From Mobula hypostoma (lineage: Eukaryota), in NCBI RefSeq assembly GCF_963921235.1, contig NC_086097.1:219606001-219670000 (forward strand): a DNA stretch of 64,000 nucleotides, given 5' to 3'. Shown here in pieces: positions 35,625 to 48,238 of this stretch. How positions within the stretch are numbered: the first letter of the stretch is position 1; every line of letters begins with the position of its first letter. The notes beneath the pieces are model-generated. The model was not told where the DNA came from, made no database searches, and saw nothing but the letters and a program-made list of their open reading frames with translations. Both the position numbers and the translations under genes were made by a program.

Positions 35625-37640
35625 CACAATGACTACAGAGGAGTCTACGAGGTACACTACACCACAGTGTTTAAGTTATTCCCACAGCAGTTTCAAACTG
35701 CAGCCCCTAACACAAAAAAATGACAGAGATGTCAGGTACATTGGAACACCACCATCTGCAGATCTCAACTCACAGCCCACCCTGAGCTGGGAATGTTTTG
35801 CTGGTTCTTTATCATTGTTGTGTCTAAATACTGTGTTGAGTATATAAATACATTAGGACATTTAGAGGTCAAGGAGAAGGAAGCGTTGGGCCTCCTAATA
35901 AGTATTAAGGTGAATAAGTCCCCTGGGCCTGATGGGATGTACCACGTTATTGAAGGAGGCAAGAGACGAGATTGGTGAGCTCTTGACCAGTATCTCCGTG
36001 TCCTCTCTAGCCACAGATGAGGTCCCAGAGGACTAGCAAGTATCTAATGTTGTACATTTATTTAAGAAGGGAACAAGAGAAGATCCTGGAAACTATAGAC
36101 CAGTGAGTCTCACGTCAATGTAGGAAAATTGCTGAAGAAAATTCTTAGGGATAGGATATATGAGCATTTGGAAGCCCATGGCTTAATTAGGGAGATCCAG
36201 CATGGTTTTTGTATAGGGCAGGTCGTGCCTTACCAACTTATTGAGTTTTTTGACAAGGTGATGAGAGAGATTGACAAAGGTAGGGCAGTGGATGTTGTCT
36301 ATATGGATTTTAGTCAGACTTTTGACAAAGACTCTCATGACAGACTAATCCAGAAGATTAAGATGCATAGGATCCAAGGCAAATTGGCAGTTTGGACTTA
36401 GAACTAGCTTGCGCATAGAAGATAAGGAGGTAGTGGTTGAAGGGACTTATTCGAGCTGGAGGTTTGTAATTAGTGGAGTATCACAGGGATCTGTGCTGGG
36501 TCCTCTGCTGCTTGTGATGTATATAAATGACCTGGATGAAAATGTAATGTGTGGGTTAGTAAGTTTGCAGGATGATACCAAGACTGGTGGAATTGTTGAT
36601 AGTGTAGAAGACTGGCAAAGAATACAGCACAACATAGATCAACACAGATAAGGGCAGAGTAATGGCAAATGAAGTTTAACTCAGGTAAACATGAGGCCTA
36701 CCTTGGAAGGGCCAATCCAAGGCGATCGTACACGGTTAAGGACAAGATCCTTAATGAAGTTGCTGAGCAGAGAGATCCAAGTATATAGCTCCTTGAAAGT
36801 GACTACATAGGTCGATGAGGTGGTTGAGAAGGCTTAGGGAACGCTTGCTTTTACTAGTCAAGGTACTGAGTTCAAAAGTCAAGAAATAATGTTGCAACTT
36901 TATAAAACTCTGGTTAGGCCACATCTGGACTATTGCATACAGTTCTGGTCACCCCACTATAGGAACGATGTTGAGGTTTTGGAGAGGGTATACAAGAGGC
37001 TTATCAGGATGCTGCCTGTTTTAGAGGGCGTGTGCTATCATGAGAGGTTGGATAAAACTTGGGTTGTTTTCCCCTGGAGAGCCAGTGGCTGAGGGGAGAT
37101 CTGATAGAGATTTATAAGATTATGAGAGGCATTGATAGAATAGACAGAGAGTATCTGTTTCTGAAGGTTGAAGTGTCTAATACCAGAGGGCATGCATTGA
37201 AGGTGAGAGGGGATAGATTCAAAGGGGATGTGAGGGTAAGTTTTTCACTCAGAGAGAATTGTGGATGCCTGGAATGCACTGCTTGGTATGGAGGTAGAAG
37301 CAAATACACAGAGGCTTTTTAAGAGATGTTTGGATAGGCACATGGATGGAAGGGAAGATGGAAGGATATGGACATGTTGTAGGTAGGAGGGATTAGTGTT
37401 TGGGTGTTTTTGATTCGCTTTTTAGCTGGTTTGGCACAACATTGTGGGCTGAAGGGCCTGTTTCTGTGCTGTACTGTTCTATGTTCTACTGGAACTCCCC
37501 ATTCAACAGCAATGTAAGAGTACATTCACTGGAAGGCACGCAGTATTTCAGGAAAGCAGCTCACCGCAACTTTCTTGAGGGCAGTTTGAGATGGGCACTG
37601 AATGCTAACCTTGCCAGCAATGTCCAGATTCAGAAAAATG
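35625..37640 (+). mobile_element. Old CR1/L2-group LINE 3' end split by a younger CR1
   Basis: ggaacaccaccatctgcag...tctaaatactg | ggaactcccc...aaagcagctcacc...gatgggcactgaatgct; tactg on both sides of the insert. Confidence 0.55.
35833..37487 (+). mobile_element. CR1 LINE, RT domain to 3' end, frameshifted
   Basis: KSPGPDG; VDVVYMDFSQTFDK; SGVSQGSVLGPLLLVMYINDLD; YKTLVRPHLDYCIQFWSPHY; tail gttctatgttcta. Confidence 0.95.
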
Positions 37641-37770
37641 GCAAGGGAATCATTACGGCCTCATTGAAAATGGCTGCTGTCCATTGCTTCATGCATACTG
37701 TTACTCTAGGTATGTGAGAGGAGGTAGTCATTGAGCTGTTAAACTGTGAACAGTATTGTAACATTACATT

Positions 37771-37908
37771 TTGAGTCCTGATAAATGGTCTCAGCCTGAA
37801 ACATCGACTGCTTATTCTTTTCCATTAATTCTGCCTGGCCTGCTGAGTTCCTCCAGCATTTTGTGTGTATTAAATTGATTTCCAGCATCTGCAGATTTTC
37901 TCTTGGTT
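37771..37908 (+). mobile_element. Penelope-like 3' module with mutated hammerhead (CTGATAA...GAAAC ATC GACT)
   Basis: Homologous to 30118-30250. Confidence 0.85.
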
Positions 37909-39929
37909 GTAATATTACCATATTTATTTCTTAGCAGATATCACTGAATACCAAGAGGTTGAACTTTCCCTTTTCTCTGTCGTGGAACACTGAGGTCACT
38001 TGAGGTTGGGAAGTGCTTCCCAACATCAGAAAGCAGTGGCAGGAAAGCAAAATCTGTTTACATTCTACCAATTCCGTGTTGAAGAAGAAATTCAAAATCT
38101 AGGAGCCTGATGGCTTTTTTTTAAACCTTGATCTTGCCTATACCTCAGTGGCTGTCTGGGGGCATGTATAGGATGTTGTGAGATTGCTGGAATCCCACCA
38201 GAATTCAGCCTTTGGTCCAGTGAAAGGTTAGTCTGTTCTAAACTGAGTATGAGCCCCATAAACAGTGAGGGGTTTGTCTGTCATTGGGCAAAGGGCTTAT
38301 ACATCTCGAGAAAAGCCGTCATTAAAATCAGGTGGTGCTTTGCCTTTATTGGGCCAATTGACCCTTTCAGCATAGCTCCTGGATCACACTACCTCATTGG
38401 AGTGGATTTATGTCTCTTGCACTCTAATAATCCCATTCCACAGCTTCAGCTGGGAGTTACACTGTGAACATTTGATATACAACTCAAGCCACAGTATGAG
38501 AAACTGACAGGGATTTCATTAAGTTATCTGAATACTGGACTCATCCACTGATCAGGTTATATTAACATTCTTCAGTATTCTTCTTTAATATTGTGACACA
38601 TTTTCCAGTTTTGCTTCAAGCTCATTCCCACAGAAGGTTAACAGCCCCAAAACCAGCATCCTACTGATCGTTCCTCTGTTTGCTGCTTACATGGAAAACC
38701 AGAATCCCAACAATATGTATTTTTCATTATTCCTTCCAATTAACAGTAATAGACATTTTTGGAGGATTCCATCACACTATTTTGACAAGAAACTAGACCT
38801 GTTACCTGCATTGCTCCTTCCACAATTGCCAGCAAAACAACTCAGTGTTTCACCTCATTGGAATGAAAGACAGAATTATGCCATAACAAAATTAGTAAAG
38901 CATCTTGTTCTCGGAATTGAATTTTAACGAACATCATGTAAAAGTAGTTAAGTACAGTGTCTTCTTTTTGGAGGGTGCCTTTCATAATGTTCCATGGTCA
39001 TCAGACTAACTTTCTCATGCCTCTGAGTTTGTTCTTCTAATTGATCTTTAATGAAATGAACACATGGAATAGAAAATGTCGATATTATATTAATCTTAAT
39101 GTTGGAGTCATCAGAACTGACCAAAGGACGAAATTCAGCTGAGATTCATACAATGCAGTGTATCTTGTGAATATTTTTGGATTTTTCTGAGACCGGCTCA
39201 AAAAATTCCCATTGAAAACAATTTGGAAATTGTATTTTATGATACCTATGAATTGTTTCATGCTCCATCCTCCTTTGTATATTTGTCATTTCTGGTGCTC
39301 CCTTTATCTGCAAAAAGTGGGATTGAAGGGATAAGCAGTGGCTCCTTGGGCAATATCTAATTTTCAGCTTTGCAGTTTAGTTTTAGCACAAGAGCATTAC
39401 ATCTTGTGGCCAATTGATAAACGTGTATAATTTCTGGAATTATTTTCTCACATCAGCAGAAAATGTTTAAGTGAATTGCAGACTAGATAATACTTGCTAA
39501 TTCAGTGTCAAGCTGGCTATAATTAAAGCATTTACAAAATCTCTCGGGTCGGTGGAATGAAGGAAAAAGTTCAGATTTTCACTGAAGCTCTGGGAACAAG
39601 TAAGCAACTAAGTACAAGGCAGACAGGTCGGTGGTAGTTGCCAAGTCAAATAAAGGTTAATGATGTCTATGACATGGCTGCACAAGATCTTTAAATAAAT
39701 GGACCATCAGTCATAAGCAAGGATCTCTTCATTTACACAGTGACACATCTACAAATCTTTTTATTTTTGTTGCCAATAGACTAATGGGTGACATTAGTCA
39801 TTTTTGGAGTCATTTTTCTATGTACACTGATTATCATTTTAGTCTGTCTGGTTTCACATTTTTTAATTTATTCAACCGCTTAGCCAACATCAAATATTGG
39901 ACGAACAAATAAATTCTTTGAGGTCTACA

Positions 39930-42885
39930 ATCTGCTGTGATGAAGTGCTTTAAGAGGTTTGTCATGGCTAGAATTAACTCCTGCCTAAGCAAGATTCTGT
40001 TCCTGCTTGATTTGCTTACCGCCACTTTAGGTGTACAATGGATGTAATCTTACTGGCTATCCATTTGGCCTTGGACCACCTGGACAACAGCAAAACCTAT
40101 GTCAGGATGCTGTTTCATTGATGAAAGCTCAGCATTTAACACTACCATCCCCCAAGTACTAATCAATAAGCTTCAAAATCTGGGCATCTGACATCTCAAA
40201 CTGGATCCTTGTAGACCACAGTCAGTATGCTGATAATCAACACAGGTGTACCTCAAAGATGAGTGCTTAGCCCACGACTCAGTTCTCTCTACACCCTTGA
40301 CTATGTGGCCAGACACAGTGCAAACACCATCTTCTATAAATTCTCTGATGACTATTGTTGGCAGAATTTCAGATGATGATGAAGAGGCGACAGGAAAGAG
40401 ATAAATCAGCTGGTTGAGTGGTGTCGCAACAACCGCCTTGCATTCAATGTCAGTAAGACCAAAGATTTGATTGTGGACTTCAGGAAGTGGAAATTGAGGG
40501 GGGACACACCAGCCCTCATCGAGGGGTCAGCAGTGGAAAGGGTGGGCAGTTCCAAGTTTCTGGCAGTGTAGCAATTCTCACGATCTATCCTGGGCACACC
40601 AGCAACAATATTTCATTGGGAGGGTGAGCTGATATGGTGTAAGATCATAGGACCATAAGACCATAAAACATAGGAGCAGGATTAGGCTATTTGACCCATC
40701 AAGTCTACTTCACCATTCAATCATTGCTGATCCTTTTATTTCACCCTCCTCAGCCACTCCCCAGCCTTCTCCCTATAACCCTTGATGCCCTGGCCAAACA
40801 AGACCCTTCAATCTCCGCCTTAAATACATCCAATGACCTGGCCTCCACAGCTGCCTATGGTAACAAATTCCACGAATTTACCACCCTCTGGCTTAAGAAA
40901 TGTCTCCGTATCTCTATTTTAAATGGACAGCCCTCTATCCTGAGGCTGTGCCCTCTTGCACTAGACTCCACCACCATGGGAAACATCCTTTCCACATCCA
41001 CTCTGTCTAGGCCTTTCACCATTCAAAAGGTTTCAATGAGATCCCCCCTCATCCTTCTAAATTCCAGTGAGTACAGGCCTAGAGCTATCAAACGTTCCTC
41101 ACATGATAACCCTTTAATTCCCAGAATCATCCTTGTGAACCTGTTCTGAACTGTTCTGCACAAGGACTCCCAAGTCCCTTTGCACCTCAGAATTTTGGAT
41201 TTTCTCCCCATTTCGAAGATAGTTTGCGCATTTATTTCTTCTACCAAAGTGCATGACCATGCATTTTCCAAGATTGTATTTCATTTGCCACTTTCTTGCC
41301 CATTCTCCTGATCTAAGTCCTTCTGCAGCCTTCCTGTTTCCTTAACACTACCCGCCCTCCACCAATCTTCGTATCCTCTGCAAACTTTCCTGTAATACCA
41401 CGGGCTCTTAACTTGGTAAGCAGCCTCATGTGTGGCACCTTGTCAAAGGGCTTCTGAAAGTCCAAATATACAACATCCACTGTAATCCCTTTATCTATCC
41501 TACCTGTAATCTCCTCTAAGAACTCCAACTGGTTGTCAGGCAAGATTTTCCCTGAAGGAAACCATGCTGACTTTGTCCTATCTTGTCCTGTGTCACCAAA
41601 TATTCTATAACCTCATCTTTAACAACTGACTCCAACATCTTCATAAGAATGTAAGAAATAGCTGATCTGGCCATGGACTCATCTCCACGTACCTGCCTTT
41701 TCGCCATAATGCTTAATTCCCCATCTATGCAAAAATCTATCCAACCTTGTCTTAAATATATTTACTGAGATAGCCTCCACTGCTTCATTGGGCAGAGAAT
41801 TCCACAGATTCACCACTCTCTAGGAAAAGCGGTTCCTCCTCATCTCTGCCCTAAATCTACTCTCCCGAATCTTGAGGTTACGTTCCCTAGATACCTGCAT
41901 GTTAAAATCTCCCACAACTATCATAACATTGCCATTTTGACACACCTTTTCTAATTCCCGTTGTAATCTGTAGTCCACATACCAGCTACTGTTGGGAGGC
42001 CAGTATATGACTGCCATCAGAGTCCTTTTACTTCCCTTGCGGTTTCCTAACTCAGCCTATAAGGATTCAACATCTACCAATCCTGTGTCACATCTTTCTA
42101 ATGATTTGATATCATTTTCACCAGCAGATCCACACCACCCCCCCTGCCTACCTTCATATTCCTCTAATACCTTGGACATTCAGCTCCAAACTACAACCAT
42201 CCTTCAGCCACGATTCAATGTTGGCCACAATGTCATCCCCAGCAACCTGTAACAGTGCAACAAGGTCATCCACCTTATTTCTTATACTCCTTGCATTGGG
42301 ATATAACACTTTGAGTTCTGTTTTTGCTACCCTTTTTGATCCTGCATCCCTAATGTACTGATACTCTTCCTGCTGGCTACAATTCTGTCCTATCATTTGG
42401 TGACATATTGTCACCAAAAATCTACTTTAGTATTATGGAGAACATTCTAACTGGTAACGTCACTGTCTGGTATGGAGTGGCCACTGCACAGGATCAGAAA
42501 AAGCTGCAGAGGGTTGCAAACTCAGCCGGCTTCATCATTGGCACCAGCCTCTCCAGCATCCAACATCAAGGACATCGTCAAAAGATGATGCTCAAGAAGG
42601 TGTCATCCATAATTCAGGACGTCCACCACTCAGTACATGTCCCCTTTTCATTACTACGGTCAGGGAGGAAGTACAGGAACCTGAAGCCACACACTCATTA
42701 GCTCCTTCCCCACCACCATCAGATTTCTGAACATGATCTCACAATTTGTGCTTTCTATTTTGCACTACTTCATTATATTTTCTATATATTCCCCATTACA
42801 GGTCATACAGCAGTATATTTTTTGTGTTGCAGGTGCTGCGAAACAACAAATTTTCATGACATTCTGTATGTCAATGATAATAAAT
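39930..42885 (+). mobile_element. Rex1/Babar fragment split by CR1 (parts at about 39930-40640 and 42409-42885)
   Basis: tataaattctctgatgac (KFSDD); ENILTGNVTVWYGVATAQDQKKLQRVANSA. Confidence 0.85.
40645..42395 (-). mobile_element. Internally deleted CR1 (EN, RT and 3' end) with a second CR1 3' end nested at about 41642-41893
   Basis: LKVLYPNARSIRNKVDDL; VDVVYLDFQKPFDKVPH; LGLYSLEFRRMRGDLIETF. Confidence 0.88.
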
Positions 42886-42910
42886 ATGGTCAACTTCATC
42901 TCTGTTAGTA

Positions 42911-43980
42911 CCATAAGACATATGAGCAGTTTTAGGCCATTCAGCCAATTGAGTCTGCTCTGCCATCCCATCATGGCCGATCCTGGATCCCATCAACCCC
43001 ATACACCTGCCTTCTCACCATATCCTTTGCTGCCCCGACCAATCAGGAAACTATGAACCTCTGTTTTAAGTATTCCCATGGACTTGGCCTCCACCACAGT
43101 CTGTGGCATTCCACAGACTCACCATTCTCTGGCTAAAAAAATTCCTCTTTACCTCTGTTCTAAGAGGTTGCCCCTCAATTTTGAGGCTGTGCCCTTTAGT
43201 TCTGGATATCATAGGAAACATCCCCTCCATATCCACACCCACCCTTTTAACATCTGGTAGGTTTCAATGAGATCCCCACTCATTCTTCTAAAGTCCGGTG
43301 AGTACAGGCCCAAAGCTGCCAAACATTCCTCATATGTTAACCCCTTCATTCCTGGAATCATCCTCGTAAACCTCCTCAGGACTCTCTCCAATGACACTTC
43401 CTTTCTGAGATATGGGGCCCAAAACTGTTGACAATACTCCAAGTGCAGCCTGACTAGTGTCTTTATCAGCATTATTTCCTTGTTTTTATATTCATTTCCC
43501 GTTGAAATAAATGTCAACATCGCATTTGCCTTCTTTACCACAGACTCACCTATGGGTTAACCTTCTGGGAGTCTTGCACGAGGACCCCCAAGACCCTTTG
43601 CACCTCTGATGTTTGAACCTTTTTGCCATTTAGATAACAGTCCGCATTATTGTTCCTTTCACCAAATGCAGTATCATACATTTCCCGAAGCCATCAATTC
43701 CATTATATGAATCATTGATATACATTATAAAAAGAAGTGGTTCCATCACTGACCCCTGTGGAGCACCACTAGTCACTGGCACTCAACCAGAAAAGGCCTC
43801 TTTTATTCCCACTTGCTGCCTCCTGCCTGTCAGCCATTGCTCTATCTATGCCAGTATTTTTCCTGTAATGCCGTAGAATTTTATTTTGTTAATCAGCCTC
43901 CATTATGGCACCTTATCTCATGCCTTCTGAAAACCTAAGTAATTGACATCCGCTGCCTCTCCTTTGTCCACCCTGCTTGT
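42911..43980 (-). mobile_element. CR1 3' fragment with internal deletions
   Basis: VDKGEAADVNYLGFQKA; LVRLHLEYCQQFWAPYLRK. Confidence 0.9.
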
Positions 43981-44334
43981 GCACTTAACACTTTGTTTCC
44001 TGAATTCCACCTTAGAGAAGATAGATTTCATGCTTAACCTTTGACAAAGTTTTATTTCTCTTTTTCTTTCTATATCCTGGAATATCATTCTTTTAAAATC
44101 ATGAAAAAATACATCATGGAGAACTTTATTGAACATCAGGCACAAAAACAGACAATTCAACCTTATTGACTCAAGCCATTGTTTGGACACCAAAGAAGGT
44201 CTCCACCAGCATGGTTGCCCAACCCACTCTTCATCGTACCCTCTCAACACAGTTTAAAGTCCTTGCTGACTTTGATGTGTATCAAATACTAGTGGTGGGT
44301 GGAGAGAGCGTAAGAGACAACCACATAACTTCCT

Positions 44335-44532
44335 TTCTTACTGCCCATTATGTTGTTGGTGTAACAAAGAGCTGCAATGAAGGTCCTCCGTCCTTGGCGG
44401 TGTCCAGGGCTTCCTTCATCATGCCAGTAGCTTCTACTTGGCTTTCACCAATGCCAGCCATGCAAGTCGCAGGTAGAGACTCAATAAATACACTTGTAGA
44501 AGGATTCTTCCTTCCTGTTTCTGGTAACAATT
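44335..44532 (-). mobile_element. Second copy of the RTE-derived non-autonomous element
   Basis: Reverse complement gaagctactggcatgatgaaggaagccctggacacc...ggaccttcattgcagctct aligns to 3880-4060. Confidence 0.75.
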
Positions 44533-46039
44533 ATGGAAATACCACAGAAGCATTGAGATTAATATTATTGACAACACCCACCAAGAAGGTTCTGCTACAT
44601 TACTAATTGCAAGGCTGACTGCATTTGGTGATTCTGTTCTTTGGTGGTTGTCCTGTAAAAGTGAGCCTAATGTGTATCTCTAAAATAAAAATATTGTTAT
44701 TCAGGATCAGTTGGGTAACAAAAGACAATTAAGAAATCTTCAAACGAGTTGTGATCTAACAGACAACAAAGGAAAATCACCTTAAGAAATTAAGGACAAT
44801 TTATCAGGTATGGTTTTCAAAAGGTTCAGGATGCCTCTCTGGTAGGGCGCTTTCAAAAGCTGATATGCAGAATGCAGCTTCTCTCTAGCTTCTTCATTCT
44901 ATAGTGTCCATAGCACAGTTAGGTTTCCTTCTAAATACATTAAGCAATGAGCCAACAGGCAGGGAAAGCTAGGACACACCACTTGTTCAACCTTTCCATT
45001 TTGTTTTTCTCAATAAGCCCTATTGTCTTTTCCGCCCAGGGACAATATGAGGAAAATGAGTCATGATGAGACACTAAAGCCATGAAATCACATTAAATTG
45101 TACATTTTTAATGTGAAAAAAGGGGCATAAAATTACCTTTACTCAGGGTAGATGACACCAATTATCACTTCTAGGTGAAATCAGTGAATTGGTCCAGACC
45201 CTATGTGCATGATTCAGTGACACACACATTTTCCCAGTATTAGTCATCTCCTAGTAATGCCACAGATTGCCCAGTGCATTTTCCCACGCTGGAATTTTTA
45301 GTGCACAACTTAGTTCCTTTGATGTCTCACAGAAAATCTAGCAGAAGATCTTGCAGGGAGAGGAAAAGAAATGCTCCTGTGACATCAATGTCCATCTACC
45401 GGTGTCTGTTTTCAATAGTCAGGATTACAGAATCTGCGACTGTGGCTGCCCTCTCACTGACCCATTTTGTCCAAATCATGGCTGGACCGCCTAATGCAAA
45501 ATTAGCCTCACCTCACTGTGGTGTGGGGTTATCTGCGGCTTGGGAGTTGCTCGGGGAAGACTGGGGGGGGTGCGGGGGGGGGGGAGAAGGTTGTGCGGAC
45601 ACACCGTCTTAAGCAGAATACTTTCCTTCCCCCCTCACCCCCGTGTAGTGTCTTGCTATCATGGCAGCCTTTCCTGCAGCTGTTATGTAGCATCTGTAGA
45701 GAAGGCTCCTTTATGCGGTGACACATGAGGCAATAATAACATGGCAGATGGAAGCTCTTCGTGCAGTTCCTGGTCCTGTTTCAGTGCATGATCTCTCTGT
45801 GTGCAAACCATAACAATGACCTTTTTAATGTTATTTTGTCTAGTTGAATGAGTTTTTTGTAAGTGACCTGACTGTGCCTTCACATTATGCATAACTTGAA
45901 GTTCATAATGGAGGGTGAAGTCCAATTTCTAGGTCAAATTTCAGGCTGTGAACTTTTCAGCTAAGAGACATGGGGACCCGATGCTTTACTTTTTTCGCTG
46001 CAGCTTTGTAATCTAGAGTCGGCCCCAGGAGGGATTTAT

Positions 46040-46247
46040 AGGGCGGCACGGTAATGTAGCAGTTAGTGTAACACTATCAGAACACCACCGTAAGGAGTTT
46101 GTACGTTCTCCCAGTGACCATGTGGGTTTCCTCCCACTTTCCAACTACGTGTGTGTTATTAAGTTCATTGGTCACATGGGCGTAATTGACTGACATGGGC
46201 TTGTTGGCGGACGGGCCTGTTACTGTACTCTATCTCTAAAATAAAAA
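46040..46247 (+). mobile_element. V-SINE
   Basis: gggcggcacggtaatgtagc head; ggagtttgtacgttctccc; gggcctgttactgtactctatctctaaaataaa tail. Confidence 0.85.
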
Positions 46248-46387
46248 TAGAGCAGGCTCAGGGGTGTGCAAGGACACCAGGAACACACCTAACCAAAGCT
46301 GGGTCATCTAAGGGCATCAGAAGGATCAACTGCAGGTCCTGAAAAGGGAATTGTTTAACCTGGTGAACCTTGCTTCACTCCCTTATA

Positions 46388-47181
46388 CAGTCGGCCCTCC
46401 ATATCCACGGGGGATCGGTTTCAGGACCCCCTGTGGATACCAAAATTCGCAGATGCTAAAGTCCCTTATATAAAAGCCTAAGAGAACTCATAAGGGTGTT
46501 ACGAAAAACGAAAATAGCGTTCAGCGTTTGTTTTGCAGCGAGCCGTTATAGAGGCAGCACGCACCCCGAGCAGCAAGAGTGCTTTATCTCGATTTATTTT
46601 GTGCATCCGTTGGCAAGATGTGTCCTAAGGTATCAGAAAAGCCTAGGAGAGCTCGTAAGGGTGTTATGAAAAGCTAAAATAGCATTCAGCGTTTGTTTTG
46701 CAGCGAGCCGTTATAGAGGCAGTGCGCATCCCGAGCAGTGAGAGTGGCGAAAAGCGAAAATAGCGTTCAGCGTTTGTTTTGCTCTTCGTCAGGACGAAGG
46801 GTCTCGGCCTGAAACGTCGACTGTAGAGATGCTGCCTAGCCTGCTGCATTCACCAGCAACTCTGATGTGCGTTGCTACACTGTACGTACATTATTTCTAC
46901 TTTATATAGGCTGTGTATTTATCATATCATTCCTGCTTTTACTATATGTTAGTGCTATTTTAGGTTTTATGTGTTATTTGGTAGGTTATTTTTTGGGTCT
47001 GGGAATGCTCAAAAACGCTCTACTTTCAGATAGCGGGGAAAACCCGTACAAAGGAAATGCTATGTAAATAGTTGTTACACTGTATTGTTTAGAGATTAAG
47101 AAGAAAGAGAGAGAACTTTCGGGGGGTTTTTTCCGATCCCGATCCGCGGATGCGGAACCGGCAGATACGGAGGGCCAACTG
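46388..47181. mobile_element. Tigger/pogo-like (MER2-type) MITE with an internal duplication of 165-bp period
   Basis: TIRs CAGTCGGCCCTCCATATC and GATACGGAGGGCCAACTG; TA on the left, CA on the right (mutated TA). Confidence 0.85.
46784..46876 (+). mobile_element. Tiny Penelope-like module with a fold-back 5' end
   Basis: cttcgtcag-gacgaagggtctcggcctgaaacgtcgactg...gatgctgcctagcctgctgcattcaccagcaac. Confidence 0.88.
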
Positions 47182-48024
47182 CATTTTTAAGGAGAAAGTA
47201 TTTGTTTTGAACCCTGTTGCTATTGAGTGGATGAGATGATAAGCATTAATCTAATGTTGTGGTCTGGAACTGGTGGAAAAATTCTAGATGACAAATACAA
47301 ATTTCCAAAGGACTGCCCAGACTTTGAATGTATTTTTGTTTTGCCATTATTGTACAATAATAAATTTACAAAAAATCTTTAGAAAACATTAGTTTCCAGA
47401 AGCCAGGAAGATAATTTTATTTTTGTAGACAAATGGATAACATTTTGTTGGGATAAAAACCCTAATCTCAAGCAATTAAATTGGAGACAAATCATCAGAG
47501 ATAAATTGTTATTTCCATGTTATCCTAAGTGTATCTGAAACTGCGATCAGCCAGGTGGGAGTCAGATAATCCTATCTAGAGCAGACCGATCCCGCCACAT
47601 GCTTACAATGGTACAGCCGACCCCCAAGGTTGAATTGTGGAGAAAACTTAATGTCAAACAAATTCACAGAGCTCAGAGAATTCAAGGTCAAATCTTAACC
47701 CTTGCTTTGTACTTGTCCTAGCTGGAGAAAAGCAAATGACAATGAGGTTTCGAAGCAGTGTACTGTATCATGGCCGAAAAGGTTTAAGCTGCATGTACAC
47801 ATGTTTATACAAAGGGTTACTCCGCTGGTCAGATAAAGCCAGGATGTCAGCAGTGTTTACACTGCCGCAGGCCGAGCTGCTTAAAACGTAGTTGTACAGC
47901 CACACAGGATGGAGGGTACTGCAATGATATTGTCTCAACTTGTTGCTGGCCCCTGTTGCCTAGAGACACGTGGCACAGATCAAAGGTTGATTCCACTCTG
48001 GGTCTGTTTCATATTGTCCAGAGG

Positions 48025-48113
48025 TCTCTCTCTCTCGCTCGCTCGCTCTCCTCTGTCTCTTCCTCTTCCTCTTTCTCTCTCTCGCTCTTCCTCTCTCTCC
48101 TTCTCTGTCTCTT

Positions 48114-48183
<70 letters not shown>

Positions 48184-48238
48184 CTCTTTTCTTTTTCTCT
48201 TTTCTTTTTCTCTTTCTCTTTCTCTCTGTTTCTCTCCC
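48025..48238. repeat. About 210-bp polypyrimidine/(CT)n tract
   Basis: Read directly from the sequence. Confidence 0.98.

Noticed and set aside
39542..39594. Possible mir-205 paralogue gene on the - strand
   Set aside because: The miR-205-like sequence would sit on the 3' arm, diverges after nt 15, and the minus-strand fold has A-C mismatches; kept only as a target-site candidate
44166..44606. 146-aa ORF
   Set aside because: Largely antisense to the RTE-derived repeat; no domain
46040..46100. tRNA-like A/B-box sequences (also at 3512 and 51068)
   Set aside because: SINE heads; no cloverleaf, and each is followed by a SINE body
47722..47781. Possible 60-nt exon after cttgtcctag
   Set aside because: Weak donor and unrecognised peptides in all frames
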